NCBI RefSeq assembly: GCF_963853765.1
Contig: NC_088854.1
Span: forward strand, 20,150,001 to 20,214,000
Source of the DNA: Magallana gigas
Taxonomy: Eukaryota
Length of the DNA: 64,000 bases
Reading direction: 5' to 3'
Every line of letters begins with the position of its first letter. Within the stretch, counting starts at the first letter, position 1. The position numbers and the translations under genes were made by a program. This document shows positions 13,030 to 31,684 of this stretch, piece by piece. Under the pieces are notes generated by a model. That model ran no database searches. It worked only from the letters and a program-made list of their open reading frames with translations, and had not been told where the DNA came from.

Positions 13030-14029
13030 TTACGACCCGTGAGAAGGCACCATACCTTGAAAAGTTCGGCAGTACAAACTAGGCGATTAGTAAAGTCAAC
13101 GCTGATTGGCTAAGGTATAAACCCGCCTCGGGCCTTATCTGTTTTACATGGAATCCACATACACACATCTTACATATTTACTGTGTCGGTTTTCTTATCA
13201 TAGTTTATACTTAATTTATATCATTAACTGTTACGAAATATTAAATATATATACATGTTTATATAAGTGTACTGCACACCTGTACAATTCATCGAAAAGA
13301 ATTAAATTGGTAATAAATGAATGTGCAGTGTGTAAAAAAAAAAAAAAACCAAAACAAAACAAAACAAAACAAAAAAAAGACAAAAAGAAAAAAAACCTGA
13401 TCAACAGGATGTATCAAATGGAATGAGGCAAAAGATATGGTCAGAGCCAGTAGCTAAAATCTAAGAGACATTAACTGATTTCACAAAATTAATGTAATTT
13501 ATTCAAAAGACACAATATGATTCCTGTATTCCTTCTCCATAAAGGAACATACTCCTATTTTAATAATAATTAGCAGATTGACCTTTAGGAACATCATGAC
13601 TATGTTATAAATCCATAATATAAGAATGATAATGGTATTTACATTTTTGTTATAATTAAAGATATCTTCTTATTTCTTTTTTTTAATGTACACATTTGTG
13701 TTAGTTTGAGTTTTGCTCGCAGTGGGACAGTTACCATTTATAGCAATAGTTTTGACAGTTTGTGATATATCAATTCACTGTTTCTCATGTTGTCCATTTG
13801 TTAAGAAAGTTTCCACTGAAATATACTTGTATTGCTGTATTTATTTTATTCATGGGATATATGTGTGCGTGTGTTTATGCGAGCCATCTTACATATATTT
13901 ATTATAGATGAATGCACGCTTATTCAATAATTAGAGTATCAATTGTATGTAATGTGAAGGCATCTTTTCTAAAGGTTTTGGTGGCCGTGAAAACGGCCGT
14001 TTTGAGTTTGTCAAGAGACAAAAGAGAAT

Positions 14030-14452
<423 letters not shown>

Positions 14453-16132
14453 TCAAATGAATGAATGAGCCAGACGGTCCTCTGTATACACTTTATACCG
14501 AGTCGACGATTAACTGTCTGCTCTCCGATATCACAGCACCCCCACTAACGACAATCGCCATTGGTGATCTTGACCGAGAGAGGTGGTCAGCGATTAGTCG
14601 ATAATAACCCGTTCCGATTGGCCAGGTGAAAAAATCATTTCGATCCGGCTTTTGCACAGAATTTGTGTACTCCGAAAAATATCGTCCGTGTACTTAGTGG
14701 AACAAAACTTTTATTCCAATTATAACTAAAACTTATTTGATTTACATAAAGTATTAAACACCATCTATATTCTACAGGATGTAATTGATACTTTAAAAAA
14801 AGCTACAACCCATTAGAATATTGCACAACTTACATTCACTCAATATTTTAACCTATTGATTCTCTGGCATTAAAATGGGAATAGTATATGCTGAATGATC
14901 ATCTGATATCTCAATTCAATTACAATAAACCCAGCATCATAACCCCCCCCCCCCCCCCCCAATAAATAAATAAGTAAATAAAGATATAGATTTATCAGAG
15001 AGAAACATAAAAGATCTATAGTTCAGAAGATCTACGCCATATGCATTTATATGTTTTATCATTCATGATTTAGCTAAGTAACAAAAGAACTTACTTTTAT
15101 AGTTTGATTTGCACAGAAATATCCGGGCATGTAAGTCCAAAACACTAGTTGTAATTGTAAATACAGACACAATGAGAGCCACTTGATTCTGGAAAGAGAG
15201 GGGTAAAAAATCTCAGGAAGACTGTATGTTTCAAAGTTCATCATGCAAACTATAAGGTGTAGATTTCAGTTTTTTGCTATTCTGTTCAGTGTCAAAGATA
15301 GAAGAAAGAATAATGTAACCAGAGTAGAATCATAATAAAATAATGTTAAAAAAAATGCATGTTTGTTCTCTCTCTCTCTCTCGCTCTCTCTCTCTCTCCG
15401 TATGTTTCCTTTCAATCAGAATTCAACATCACTAATCTTATGATAATGTGTATCAACCCACTTTCTAGTTAGTCTACAACATATATGAATGATGTACATT
15501 ATTTGTTGTACTCATATCGCTTAGCCTTATAAATGTTGGATTTGAATAATGTAAATGCATGTATTTTTTTTTTGTGTATTCACTAAACAGACCTCAATCA
15601 ATATCATGCAGTTAGTTGCAGGAGCAAAATAAAAAACAAAAAACACATTCATAGCTATGTTTGGTGTTTGTTATTTCTCTCATCTCACCCCCCACCCATA
15701 ATTTTTCTTTCAAATCTTCATTACTACTCCTGTAAATTTTACTACTCGAGTATTCATACTCTGGTCTGTAGCCGTGAACATTATGAAAAAAGCATGCACC
15801 TTGCATTACAAACCCTTGCCATGTTACTCATTTACAATTTGTTTATATCTCCTTTTTAATATCTTATTTGTGAGTTTGTGTTGTTAATGCCCCCCCCCCC
15901 CCCTTCTGAACCATACCATAGTCAGATATGAATTAATAATATGTAATAACACATTATCACAGAAAAACTAGAAGGGGCTTAATGTACCTGTATAAAGTGT
16001 ATATGAATTCATTGTACTTGCATGTTTCTTTGCAACTTGCATTTGTAATTAAGGCATCTTTTCGAAAAATATTGGTAGCCCTGAAAAGGGCTTTTGTTGA
16101 AGGTTTGCAATCTGCAATGATGCTATGATTGC

Positions 16133-16735
16133 TTATTTTTTAGCTGCTGTCTTCTTGGGAGTCTTGGCTTTCTTTGGCTTGGCTGCTGCTGCTGCTTTTT
16201 TCGGAGTCTTGGCCTTCTTTGGCTTGGCTGCTGCCTTCTTAGGGGATTTGGCTGCCGTCTTCTTCTTGGGTGTCTTAACTTTCTTAGGTCCAGCTGCTTT
16301 CTTGGGGGACTTCTTCTTCTTCTCAGCAGTCTTTTTCTCCCCTGCCGCCTTCCTAGGCTTAACAGCTGTGGCCTTCTTTGGTTTGGCTGCCTTGGGTTTG
16401 GTGACTTTCTTCGCCTTTGGTTTTTTCTCTGTCTTTGGCTTGTCTCCTAACTTGAAAGAGCCAGTGGCGCCTGTTCCTTTGGCTTGTTTCAGAGCGCCTT
16501 TCTTCACTCCGTTCTTGAGTGCCATTTTAAGGTGGACATTAATGGGGTTGACGTCGTTTCCCACTTTAAAGTTGGCCATTATGTACTTCAGAATGGCCTG
16601 TCTGGAAGATCCACCACGCTCTTTCAGAGATTCCAAGGCGGCCCTGATCATGTCAACGTACTTGGGGTGTGCTGCAGGTACCTTAGGCTTAGTAACCTTC
16701 TTCTTGACTGGGGTTGTGGTTGCTGTGTCTGCCAT
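16133..16735 (-). CDS. H1: Histone H1, subtype A
   Basis: Protein identical to 1127-1729. Confidence 0.97.
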   Translation of the reverse strand: MADTATTTPVKKKVTKPKVPAAHPKYVDMIRAALESLKERGGSSRQAILKYIMANFKVGNDVNPINVHLKMALKNGVKKGALKQAKGTGATGSFKLGDKPKTEKKPKAKKVTKPKAAKPKKATAVKPRKAAGEKKTAEKKKKSPKKAAGPKKVKTPKKKTAAKSPKKAAAKPKKAKTPKKAAAAAKPKKAKTPKKTAAKK

Positions 16736-18215
16736 GGCTTCGGACGAAACGAAAACGCTGTACAATTCACTGCGAACTAATACGAGGAAATAGTGAAGTC
16801 TCACGCTCTCGCTGCTTTTGTTTACAGCGGGCGCGGACGTCCTCGAAAACATCCCTTAAAATCGAAGCGCATATGCATAGTAGAATTGATGTGTGTTTTG
16901 ATGCCGATGTTTACATCCTTGCTGCGCCGTTTAATGAGTACCGATTGCAGCTATTTTATGAAAATCACATTGTGTGGATATATCCCTACCATATCATCTG
17001 CATATTTTACGTAAATTCTCCGCTAAAGGAACTCAAATGAAAGGAAAACGTAGGACAGAGTAGCAAATTCCAACTCCAAATGCCGATAAAGTCACGCAAT
17101 GTCTTTAAAATTGATAATTATTCACAGAAAATTACTTTTTTTTAACGTCCAACATACAGACATAAGTGTATTGTATATCGTCTATTGTGTAGAAGGCCCA
17201 TACATATCTTCTTTTAAGTGAAATTCACACCAGGTCCATACACCCAGAAACACACGATACACAGAACAAGAGCAAGAGAGAATTATAAATTTTTAAAGTT
17301 GTCAGAAAGAAAAACAAATAAATAAAATAAAATAAGAAAGAAAAAGTCGTCACTTTAATAATAATATCAAAATATTCAGTGGCAAAAGTCATAGGATTTT
17401 TTGAAAAATAAAGAAAATTGAATTACATTATCTACTTTACGCGAAGTGCGATGTACAGTATAGTACGTGCAAGAAAACGGCGTTATGTTAACAAATGCAC
17501 ATACAGTCAAAAAGCATATCAACATAAATATAGATATACTAAGGTAGTAGTTGATCATGAATTGGGAAAAAAAACGGGTGATGAATGACGTGAATAAATA
17601 ATTAGTTCATTTGTGCAATCATGATAACATTGCCAAAACTGCAGTTTTCACGTGTGCACATCTTACTTAGACCTTAATTTGTAATGCGCAGACCATGCAT
17701 ACGTAGGTGAATGTACATTCACCGTTTGGATATCAATTCAAATAGAAAAAGAATAATAATAATAATAATAAAATAACGCACAAATGATCTCCCCCATGAA
17801 ACACTGTATAAAATCAGAATCGGATGTCGCAATTGTTCAAGTACATATCATTCTAACATTATGCATGCATTTATATCACTAGTTTAACCAATGTCAAACA
17901 TGATCGAGATTTGAGCTCAAATTTTAATTTTTTCACACACTAATGTATTTTTGAGGGGTAGCTGATATAAATTAAATTTGTGTTTAGCATTTGAGAGCGT
18001 TGGAACAACATCAAATTGGATATTAATTGAACATGAATAGAAATTCATGTAATAGGTTGACGGTGTGTGGCAATGCATTCAATAAACGTGTAATGGGTAT
18101 CTGCATTGTATATGTGTGCTTAATTACATGCTATAGAGACATCTTTTCGAAAAATATGGGTGGCCGTGAAAACGGCCGTTTGGTACAGACAAGTCAAGTC
18201 GACAGGGCTGACTTT

Positions 18216-18635
<420 letters not shown>

Positions 18636-18863
18636 TCAACGAATAACACGCCATGCGCTGCGCCACTCTATTTAAACACTTCCACGGATTGAAATGATCC
18701 ACTAATCACAGCGCTCGTTTTAAACGCACCTCGGGCGTCCTGACCAATATGATGTTTACAAAGACGTCCGCAATTTACCTGTACGCTTCAATCCGCCTCG
18801 TGTTATATATAAATCTACCGAGAGCAATGCGCCATTCATAGTTTCAGTCTTCACACTGTAAAC

Positions 18864-19235
18864 ATGCCACCCAAAGTTGGATCTAAAGGTTCTAAGAAAG
18901 CTGCCACCAAGGCTAAGGCCCAGAGAACTGGGGACAAGAAGAGGCGCAGGAGGAGGAGGGAATCCTACGCTATCTACATCTACAAAGTCTTGAAACAGGT
19001 GCACCCTGACACTGGAGTTTCCAGCAAGGCCATGAGCATCATGAATTCTTTCGTCAATGACATCTTCGAGAGAATTGCCGCTGAGGCCTCCCGTCTGGCC
19101 CACTACAACAAACGCTCAACCATCACCAGCAGAGAAATCCAGACTGCAGTCCGCCTTCTCCTGCCAGGTGAATTGGCCAAGCATGCTGTCTCTGAAGGTA
19201 CCAAAGCTGTCACCAAGTACACCAGCAGCAAGTAA
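18864..19235 (+). CDS. H2B: Histone H2B, subtype A
   Basis: KKRRRRRR form. Confidence 0.99.
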   Translation: MPPKVGSKGSKKAATKAKAQRTGDKKRRRRRRESYAIYIYKVLKQVHPDTGVSSKAMSIMNSFVNDIFERIAAEASRLAHYNKRSTITSREIQTAVRLLLPGELAKHAVSEGTKAVTKYTSSK

Positions 19236-20153
19236 ACTGCAGGGATATGTAGTTGACATAACCAAACGGCCCTTTTCAGGGCCACACAATTTTTTCGAAA
19301 AGCTACCATCATTACAATACGCAGTTACTGGTACATTAAATTTGTGTTCAATAGTCATGATTGTTTCACTATCAGAATGAGTACCCATCTTCACAGAAAC
19401 TGAAATTACAACAGGCTGTCACATCTAAGAATAAAAAAAGTTCTGTCTCTATTACTGTACACCAATTACCTATTGATCTTCATTATTCAATATTATCGTA
19501 CAATTTAATATATCAAAACAGTGCAATCTACAATATGGTCATAAAATAATGAGCTAAACATTATCAGTGTCTGCTTTTTCAATCATGATTAAAGTCAATT
19601 TCACTGCCCTATATTTTAATAGTTTTAATCCTTTTCACCATAGCAATTTAATATCATTTCAACATGTAAGATAATAAAAATACAATTCTGCAGTTTTCAA
19701 TTAAAATTTCTGATTTCAATTACTTATTCTGTCATGTTTTAGACACTTACAAGAGAAATCAATGAGGGTTGGAGGATCAAATGACATGAATATATTTCTT
19801 TACATTATCATTAAATCAATGCGCAATAACTGACCTATTTAAATTTAAACAATAGTCATCTTCTGACATGTGAAATGTGGCTTACTTTAATATCATTCTT
19901 TGATTAGGCTAAGTGTAAAAGTGATTGTTCATAACACTCATGTGACTTCCAACCACTCTTATTTCGAGTGCATGTGGCAGGGGAAATGAATGCTAACTCA
20001 TTACTAATGACAGGTAAAAGTGTAGTATGTCTCACAGAGCGTGTCGGTGTATTTCACAGCATTTGTGATAGAGGCATCTTTTCTAAAAGTTTGGTGGCCG
20101 TTAAAACGGCCGTTTGTTTGTTGTCAGTGCTGCAAGCACACAGGAGTGGCAGT

Positions 20154-20534
<381 letters not shown>

Positions 20535-21534
20535 TTACGACCCGTGAGAAGGCACCATACCTTGAAAAGTTCGGCAGTACAAACTAGGCGATTAGTAAAG
20601 TCAACGCTGATTGGCTAAGGTATAAACCCGCCTCGGGCCTTATCTGTTTTACATGGAATCCACATACACACATCTTACATATTTACTGTGTCGGTTTTCT
20701 TATCATAGTTTATACTTAATTTATATCATTAACTGTTACGAAATATTAAATATATATACATGTTTATATAAGTGTACTGCACACCTGTACAATTCATCGA
20801 AAAGAATTAAATTGGTAATAAATGAATGTGCAGTGTGTAAAAAAAAAAAAAAACCAAAACAAAACAAAACAAAACAAAAAAAAGACAAAAAGAAAAAAAA
20901 CCTGATCAACAGGATGTATCAAATGGAATGAGGCAAAAGATATGGTCAGAGCCAGTAGCTAAAATCTAAGAGACATTAACTGATTTCACAAAATTAATGT
21001 AATTTATTCAAAAGACACAATATGATTCCTGTATTCCTTCTCCATAAAGGAACATACTCCTATTTTAATAATAATTAGCAGATTGACCTTTAGGAACATC
21101 ATGACTATGTTATAAATCCATAATATAAGAATGATAATGGTATTTACATTTTTGTTATAATTAAAGATATCTTCTTATTTCTTTTTTTTAATGTACACAT
21201 TTGTGTTAGTTTGAGTTTTGCTCGCAGTGGGACAGTTACCATTTATAGCAATAGTTTTGACAGTTTGTGATATATCAATTCACTGTTTCTCATGTTGTCC
21301 ATTTGTTAAGAAAGTTTCCACTGAAATATACTTGTATTGCTGTATTTATTTTATTCATGGGATATATGTGTGCGTGTGTTTATGCGAGCCATCTTACATA
21401 TATTTATTATAGATGAATGCACGCTTATTCAATAATTAGAGTATCAATTGTATGTAATGTGAAGGCATCTTTTCTAAAGGTTTTGGTGGCCGTGAAAACG
21501 GCCGTTTTGAGTTTGTCAAGAGACAAAAGAGAAT

Positions 21535-21957
<423 letters not shown>

Positions 21958-23637
21958 TCAAATGAATGAATGAGCCAGACGGTCCTCTGTATACACTTTA
22001 TACCGAGTCGACGATTAACTGTCTGCTCTCCGATATCACAGCACCCCCACTAACGACAATCGCCATTGGTGATCTTGACCGAGAGAGGTGGTCAGCGATT
22101 AGTCGATAATAACCCGTTCCGATTGGCCAGGTGAAAAAATCATTTCGATCCGGCTTTTGCACAGAATTTGTGTACTCCGAAAAATATCGTCCGTGTACTT
22201 AGTGGAACAAAACTTTTATTCCAATTATAACTAAAACTTATTTGATTTACATAAAGTATTAAACACCATCTATATTCTACAGGATGTAATTGATACTTTA
22301 AAAAAAGCTACAACCCATTAGAATATTGCACAACTTACATTCACTCAATATTTTAACCTATTGATTCTCTGGCATTAAAATGGGAATAGTATATGCTGAA
22401 TGATCATCTGATATCTCAATTCAATTACAATAAACCCAGCATCATAACCCCCCCCCCCCCCCCCCAATAAATAAATAAGTAAATAAAGATATAGATTTAT
22501 CAGAGAGAAACATAAAAGATCTATAGTTCAGAAGATCTACGCCATATGCATTTATATGTTTTATCATTCATGATTTAGCTAAGTAACAAAAGAACTTACT
22601 TTTATAGTTTGATTTGCACAGAAATATCCGGGCATGTAAGTCCAAAACACTAGTTGTAATTGTAAATACAGACACAATGAGAGCCACTTGATTCTGGAAA
22701 GAGAGGGGTAAAAAATCTCAGGAAGACTGTATGTTTCAAAGTTCATCATGCAAACTATAAGGTGTAGATTTCAGTTTTTTGCTATTCTGTTCAGTGTCAA
22801 AGATAGAAGAAAGAATAATGTAACCAGAGTAGAATCATAATAAAATAATGTTAAAAAAAATGCATGTTTGTTCTCTCTCTCTCTCTCGCTCTCTCTCTCT
22901 CTCCGTATGTTTCCTTTCAATCAGAATTCAACATCACTAATCTTATGATAATGTGTATCAACCCACTTTCTAGTTAGTCTACAACATATATGAATGATGT
23001 ACATTATTTGTTGTACTCATATCGCTTAGCCTTATAAATGTTGGATTTGAATAATGTAAATGCATGTATTTTTTTTTTGTGTATTCACTAAACAGACCTC
23101 AATCAATATCATGCAGTTAGTTGCAGGAGCAAAATAAAAAACAAAAAACACATTCATAGCTATGTTTGGTGTTTGTTATTTCTCTCATCTCACCCCCCAC
23201 CCATAATTTTTCTTTCAAATCTTCATTACTACTCCTGTAAATTTTACTACTCGAGTATTCATACTCTGGTCTGTAGCCGTGAACATTATGAAAAAAGCAT
23301 GCACCTTGCATTACAAACCCTTGCCATGTTACTCATTTACAATTTGTTTATATCTCCTTTTTAATATCTTATTTGTGAGTTTGTGTTGTTAATGCCCCCC
23401 CCCCCCCCTTCTGAACCATACCATAGTCAGATATGAATTAATAATATGTAATAACACATTATCACAGAAAAACTAGAAGGGGCTTAATGTACCTGTATAA
23501 AGTGTATATGAATTCATTGTACTTGCATGTTTCTTTGCAACTTGCATTTGTAATTAAGGCATCTTTTCGAAAAATATTGGTAGCCCTGAAAAGGGCTTTT
23601 GTTGAAGGTTTGCAATCTGCAATGATGCTATGATTGC

Positions 23638-24240
23638 TTATTTTTTAGCTGCTGTCTTCTTGGGAGTCTTGGCTTTCTTTGGCTTGGCTGCTGCTGCTGC
23701 TTTTTTCGGAGTCTTGGCCTTCTTTGGCTTGGCTGCTGCCTTCTTAGGGGATTTGGCTGCCGTCTTCTTCTTGGGTGTCTTAACTTTCTTAGGTCCAGCT
23801 GCTTTCTTGGGGGACTTCTTCTTCTTCTCAGCAGTCTTTTTCTCCCCTGCCGCCTTCCTAGGCTTAACAGCTGTGGCCTTCTTTGGTTTGGCTGCCTTGG
23901 GTTTGGTGACTTTCTTCGCCTTTGGTTTTTTCTCTGTCTTTGGCTTGTCTCCTAACTTGAAAGAGCCAGTGGCGCCTGTTCCTTTGGCTTGTTTCAGAGC
24001 GCCTTTCTTCACTCCGTTCTTGAGTGCCATTTTAAGGTGGACATTAATGGGGTTGACGTCGTTTCCCACTTTAAAGTTGGCCATTATGTACTTCAGAATG
24101 GCCTGTCTGGAAGATCCACCACGCTCTTTCAGAGATTCCAAGGCGGCCCTGATCATGTCAACGTACTTGGGGTGTGCTGCAGGTACCTTAGGCTTAGTAA
24201 CCTTCTTCTTGACTGGGGTTGTGGTTGCTGTGTCTGCCAT
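23638..24240 (-). CDS. H1: Histone H1, subtype A
   Basis: Protein identical to 1127-1729. Confidence 0.97.
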   Translation of the reverse strand: MADTATTTPVKKKVTKPKVPAAHPKYVDMIRAALESLKERGGSSRQAILKYIMANFKVGNDVNPINVHLKMALKNGVKKGALKQAKGTGATGSFKLGDKPKTEKKPKAKKVTKPKAAKPKKATAVKPRKAAGEKKTAEKKKKSPKKAAGPKKVKTPKKKTAAKSPKKAAAKPKKAKTPKKAAAAAKPKKAKTPKKTAAKK

Positions 24241-25720
24241 GGCTTCGGACGAAACGAAAACGCTGTACAATTCACTGCGAACTAATACGAGGAAATAGTG
24301 AAGTCTCACGCTCTCGCTGCTTTTGTTTACAGCGGGCGCGGACGTCCTCGAAAACATCCCTTAAAATCGAAGCGCATATGCATAGTAGAATTGATGTGTG
24401 TTTTGATGCCGATGTTTACATCCTTGCTGCGCCGTTTAATGAGTACCGATTGCAGCTATTTTATGAAAATCACATTGTGTGGATATATCCCTACCATATC
24501 ATCTGCATATTTTACGTAAATTCTCCGCTAAAGGAACTCAAATGAAAGGAAAACGTAGGACAGAGTAGCAAATTCCAACTCCAAATGCCGATAAAGTCAC
24601 GCAATGTCTTTAAAATTGATAATTATTCACAGAAAATTACTTTTTTTTAACGTCCAACATACAGACATAAGTGTATTGTATATCGTCTATTGTGTAGAAG
24701 GCCCATACATATCTTCTTTTAAGTGAAATTCACACCAGGTCCATACACCCAGAAACACACGATACACAGAACAAGAGCAAGAGAGAATTATAAATTTTTA
24801 AAGTTGTCAGAAAGAAAAACAAATAAATAAAATAAAATAAGAAAGAAAAAGTCGTCACTTTAATAATAATATCAAAATATTCAGTGGCAAAAGTCATAGG
24901 ATTTTTTGAAAAATAAAGAAAATTGAATTACATTATCTACTTTACGCGAAGTGCGATGTACAGTATAGTACGTGCAAGAAAACGGCGTTATGTTAACAAA
25001 TGCACATACAGTCAAAAAGCATATCAACATAAATATAGATATACTAAGGTAGTAGTTGATCATGAATTGGGAAAAAAAACGGGTGATGAATGACGTGAAT
25101 AAATAATTAGTTCATTTGTGCAATCATGATAACATTGCCAAAACTGCAGTTTTCACGTGTGCACATCTTACTTAGACCTTAATTTGTAATGCGCAGACCA
25201 TGCATACGTAGGTGAATGTACATTCACCGTTTGGATATCAATTCAAATAGAAAAAGAATAATAATAATAATAATAAAATAACGCACAAATGATCTCCCCC
25301 ATGAAACACTGTATAAAATCAGAATCGGATGTCGCAATTGTTCAAGTACATATCATTCTAACATTATGCATGCATTTATATCACTAGTTTAACCAATGTC
25401 AAACATGATCGAGATTTGAGCTCAAATTTTAATTTTTTCACACACTAATGTATTTTTGAGGGGTAGCTGATATAAATTAAATTTGTGTTTAGCATTTGAG
25501 AGCGTTGGAACAACATCAAATTGGATATTAATTGAACATGAATAGAAATTCATGTAATAGGTTGACGGTGTGTGGCAATGCATTCAATAAACGTGTAATG
25601 GGTATCTGCATTGTATATGTGTGCTTAATTACATGCTATAGAGACATCTTTTCGAAAAATATGGGTGGCCGTGAAAACGGCCGTTTGGTACAGACAAGTC
25701 AAGTCGACAGGGCTGACTTT

Positions 25721-26140
<420 letters not shown>

Positions 26141-26368
26141 TCAACGAATAACACGCCATGCGCTGCGCCACTCTATTTAAACACTTCCACGGATTGAAAT
26201 GATCCACTAATCACAGCGCTCGTTTTAAACGCACCTCGGGCGTCCTGACCAATATGATGTTTACAAAGACGTCCGCAATTTACCTGTACGCTTCAATCCG
26301 CCTCGTGTTATATATAAATCTACCGAGAGCAATGCGCCATTCATAGTTTCAGTCTTCACACTGTAAAC

Positions 26369-26740
26369 ATGCCACCCAAAGTTGGATCTAAAGGTTCTAA
26401 GAAAGCTGCCACCAAGGCTAAGGCCCAGAGAACTGGGGACAAGAAGAGGCGCAGGAGGAGGAGGGAATCCTACGCTATCTACATCTACAAAGTCTTGAAA
26501 CAGGTGCACCCTGACACTGGAGTTTCCAGCAAGGCCATGAGCATCATGAATTCTTTCGTCAATGACATCTTCGAGAGAATTGCCGCTGAGGCCTCCCGTC
26601 TGGCCCACTACAACAAACGCTCAACCATCACCAGCAGAGAAATCCAGACTGCAGTCCGCCTTCTCCTGCCAGGTGAATTGGCCAAGCATGCTGTCTCTGA
26701 AGGTACCAAAGCTGTCACCAAGTACACCAGCAGCAAGTAA
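26369..26740 (+). CDS. H2B: Histone H2B, subtype A
   Basis: KKRRRRRR form. Confidence 0.99.
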   Translation: MPPKVGSKGSKKAATKAKAQRTGDKKRRRRRRESYAIYIYKVLKQVHPDTGVSSKAMSIMNSFVNDIFERIAAEASRLAHYNKRSTITSREIQTAVRLLLPGELAKHAVSEGTKAVTKYTSSK

Positions 26741-27658
26741 ACTGCAGGGATATGTAGTTGACATAACCAAACGGCCCTTTTCAGGGCCACACAATTTTTT
26801 CGAAAAGCTACCATCATTACAATACGCAGTTACTGGTACATTAAATTTGTGTTCAATAGTCATGATTGTTTCACTATCAGAATGAGTACCCATCTTCACA
26901 GAAACTGAAATTACAACAGGCTGTCACATCTAAGAATAAAAAAAGTTCTGTCTCTATTACTGTACACCAATTACCTATTGATCTTCATTATTCAATATTA
27001 TCGTACAATTTAATATATCAAAACAGTGCAATCTACAATATGGTCATAAAATAATGAGCTAAACATTATCAGTGTCTGCTTTTTCAATCATGATTAAAGT
27101 CAATTTCACTGCCCTATATTTTAATAGTTTTAATCCTTTTCACCATAGCAATTTAATATCATTTCAACATGTAAGATAATAAAAATACAATTCTGCAGTT
27201 TTCAATTAAAATTTCTGATTTCAATTACTTATTCTGTCATGTTTTAGACACTTACAAGAGAAATCAATGAGGGTTGGAGGATCAAATGACATGAATATAT
27301 TTCTTTACATTATCATTAAATCAATGCGCAATAACTGACCTATTTAAATTTAAACAATAGTCATCTTCTGACATGTGAAATGTGGCTTACTTTAATATCA
27401 TTCTTTGATTAGGCTAAGTGTAAAAGTGATTGTTCATAACACTCATGTGACTTCCAACCACTCTTATTTCGAGTGCATGTGGCAGGGGAAATGAATGCTA
27501 ACTCATTACTAATGACAGGTAAAAGTGTAGTATGTCTCACAGAGCGTGTCGGTGTATTTCACAGCATTTGTGATAGAGGCATCTTTTCTAAAAGTTTGGT
27601 GGCCGTTAAAACGGCCGTTTGTTTGTTGTCAGTGCTGCAAGCACACAGGAGTGGCAGT

Positions 27659-28039
<381 letters not shown>

Positions 28040-29039
28040 TTACGACCCGTGAGAAGGCACCATACCTTGAAAAGTTCGGCAGTACAAACTAGGCGATTAG
28101 TAAAGTCAACGCTGATTGGCTAAGGTATAAACCCGCCTCGGGCCTTATCTGTTTTACATGGAATCCACATACACACATCTTACATATTTACTGTGTCGGT
28201 TTTCTTATCATAGTTTATACTTAATTTATATCATTAACTGTTACGAAATATTAAATATATATACATGTTTATATAAGTGTACTGCACACCTGTACAATTC
28301 ATCGAAAAGAATTAAATTGGTAATAAATGAATGTGCAGTGTGTAAAAAAAAAAAAAAACCAAAACAAAACAAAACAAAACAAAAAAAAGACAAAAAGAAA
28401 AAAAACCTGATCAACAGGATGTATCAAATGGAATGAGGCAAAAGATATGGTCAGAGCCAGTAGCTAAAATCTAAGAGACATTAACTGATTTCACAAAATT
28501 AATGTAATTTATTCAAAAGACACAATATGATTCCTGTATTCCTTCTCCATAAAGGAACATACTCCTATTTTAATAATAATTAGCAGATTGACCTTTAGGA
28601 ACATCATGACTATGTTATAAATCCATAATATAAGAATGATAATGGTATTTACATTTTTGTTATAATTAAAGATATCTTCTTATTTCTTTTTTTTAATGTA
28701 CACATTTGTGTTAGTTTGAGTTTTGCTCGCAGTGGGACAGTTACCATTTATAGCAATAGTTTTGACAGTTTGTGATATATCAATTCACTGTTTCTCATGT
28801 TGTCCATTTGTTAAGAAAGTTTCCACTGAAATATACTTGTATTGCTGTATTTATTTTATTCATGGGATATATGTGTGCGTGTGTTTATGCGAGCCATCTT
28901 ACATATATTTATTATAGATGAATGCACGCTTATTCAATAATTAGAGTATCAATTGTATGTAATGTGAAGGCATCTTTTCTAAAGGTTTTGGTGGCCGTGA
29001 AAACGGCCGTTTTGAGTTTGTCAAGAGACAAAAGAGAAT

Positions 29040-29462
<423 letters not shown>

Positions 29463-31142
29463 TCAAATGAATGAATGAGCCAGACGGTCCTCTGTATACA
29501 CTTTATACCGAGTCGACGATTAACTGTCTGCTCTCCGATATCACAGCACCCCCACTAACGACAATCGCCATTGGTGATCTTGACCGAGAGAGGTGGTCAG
29601 CGATTAGTCGATAATAACCCGTTCCGATTGGCCAGGTGAAAAAATCATTTCGATCCGGCTTTTGCACAGAATTTGTGTACTCCGAAAAATATCGTCCGTG
29701 TACTTAGTGGAACAAAACTTTTATTCCAATTATAACTAAAACTTATTTGATTTACATAAAGTATTAAACACCATCTATATTCTACAGGATGTAATTGATA
29801 CTTTAAAAAAAGCTACAACCCATTAGAATATTGCACAACTTACATTCACTCAATATTTTAACCTATTGATTCTCTGGCATTAAAATGGGAATAGTATATG
29901 CTGAATGATCATCTGATATCTCAATTCAATTACAATAAACCCAGCATCATAACCCCCCCCCCCCCCCCCCAATAAATAAATAAGTAAATAAAGATATAGA
30001 TTTATCAGAGAGAAACATAAAAGATCTATAGTTCAGAAGATCTACGCCATATGCATTTATATGTTTTATCATTCATGATTTAGCTAAGTAACAAAAGAAC
30101 TTACTTTTATAGTTTGATTTGCACAGAAATATCCGGGCATGTAAGTCCAAAACACTAGTTGTAATTGTAAATACAGACACAATGAGAGCCACTTGATTCT
30201 GGAAAGAGAGGGGTAAAAAATCTCAGGAAGACTGTATGTTTCAAAGTTCATCATGCAAACTATAAGGTGTAGATTTCAGTTTTTTGCTATTCTGTTCAGT
30301 GTCAAAGATAGAAGAAAGAATAATGTAACCAGAGTAGAATCATAATAAAATAATGTTAAAAAAAATGCATGTTTGTTCTCTCTCTCTCTCTCGCTCTCTC
30401 TCTCTCTCCGTATGTTTCCTTTCAATCAGAATTCAACATCACTAATCTTATGATAATGTGTATCAACCCACTTTCTAGTTAGTCTACAACATATATGAAT
30501 GATGTACATTATTTGTTGTACTCATATCGCTTAGCCTTATAAATGTTGGATTTGAATAATGTAAATGCATGTATTTTTTTTTTGTGTATTCACTAAACAG
30601 ACCTCAATCAATATCATGCAGTTAGTTGCAGGAGCAAAATAAAAAACAAAAAACACATTCATAGCTATGTTTGGTGTTTGTTATTTCTCTCATCTCACCC
30701 CCCACCCATAATTTTTCTTTCAAATCTTCATTACTACTCCTGTAAATTTTACTACTCGAGTATTCATACTCTGGTCTGTAGCCGTGAACATTATGAAAAA
30801 AGCATGCACCTTGCATTACAAACCCTTGCCATGTTACTCATTTACAATTTGTTTATATCTCCTTTTTAATATCTTATTTGTGAGTTTGTGTTGTTAATGC
30901 CCCCCCCCCCCCCTTCTGAACCATACCATAGTCAGATATGAATTAATAATATGTAATAACACATTATCACAGAAAAACTAGAAGGGGCTTAATGTACCTG
31001 TATAAAGTGTATATGAATTCATTGTACTTGCATGTTTCTTTGCAACTTGCATTTGTAATTAAGGCATCTTTTCGAAAAATATTGGTAGCCCTGAAAAGGG
31101 CTTTTGTTGAAGGTTTGCAATCTGCAATGATGCTATGATTGC

Positions 31143-31684
31143 TTATTTTTTAGCTGCTGTCTTCTTGGGAGTCTTGGCTTTCTTTGGCTTGGCTGCTGCT
31201 GCTGCTTTTTTCGGAGTCTTGGCCTTCTTTGGCTTGGCTGCTGCCTTCTTAGGGGATTTGGCTGCCGTCTTCTTCTTGGGTGTCTTAACTTTCTTAGGTC
31301 CAGCTGCTTTCTTGGGGGACTTCTTCTTCTTCTCAGCAGTCTTTTTCTCCCCTGCCGCCTTCCTAGGCTTAACAGCTGTGGCCTTCTTTGGTTTGGCTGC
31401 CTTGGGTTTGGTGACTTTCTTCGCCTTTGGTTTTTTCTCTGTCTTTGGCTTGTCTCCTAACTTGAAAGAGCCAGTGGCGCCTGTTCCTTTGGCTTGTTTC
31501 AGAGCGCCTTTCTTCACTCCGTTCTTGAGTGCCATTTTAAGGTGGACATTAATGGGGTTGACGTCGTTTCCCACTTTAAAGTTGGCCATTATGTACTTCA
31601 GAATGGCCTGTCTGGAAGATCCACCACGCTCTTTCAGAGATTCCAAGGCGGCCCTGATCATGTCAACGTACTTGGGGTGTGCTG
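31143..31684 (-). CDS. H1: Histone H1, subtype A, 5' end lost in the assembly gap (partial)
   Basis: Reads from AHPKY to the stop codon; N-terminal codons fall in the N run. Confidence 0.9.
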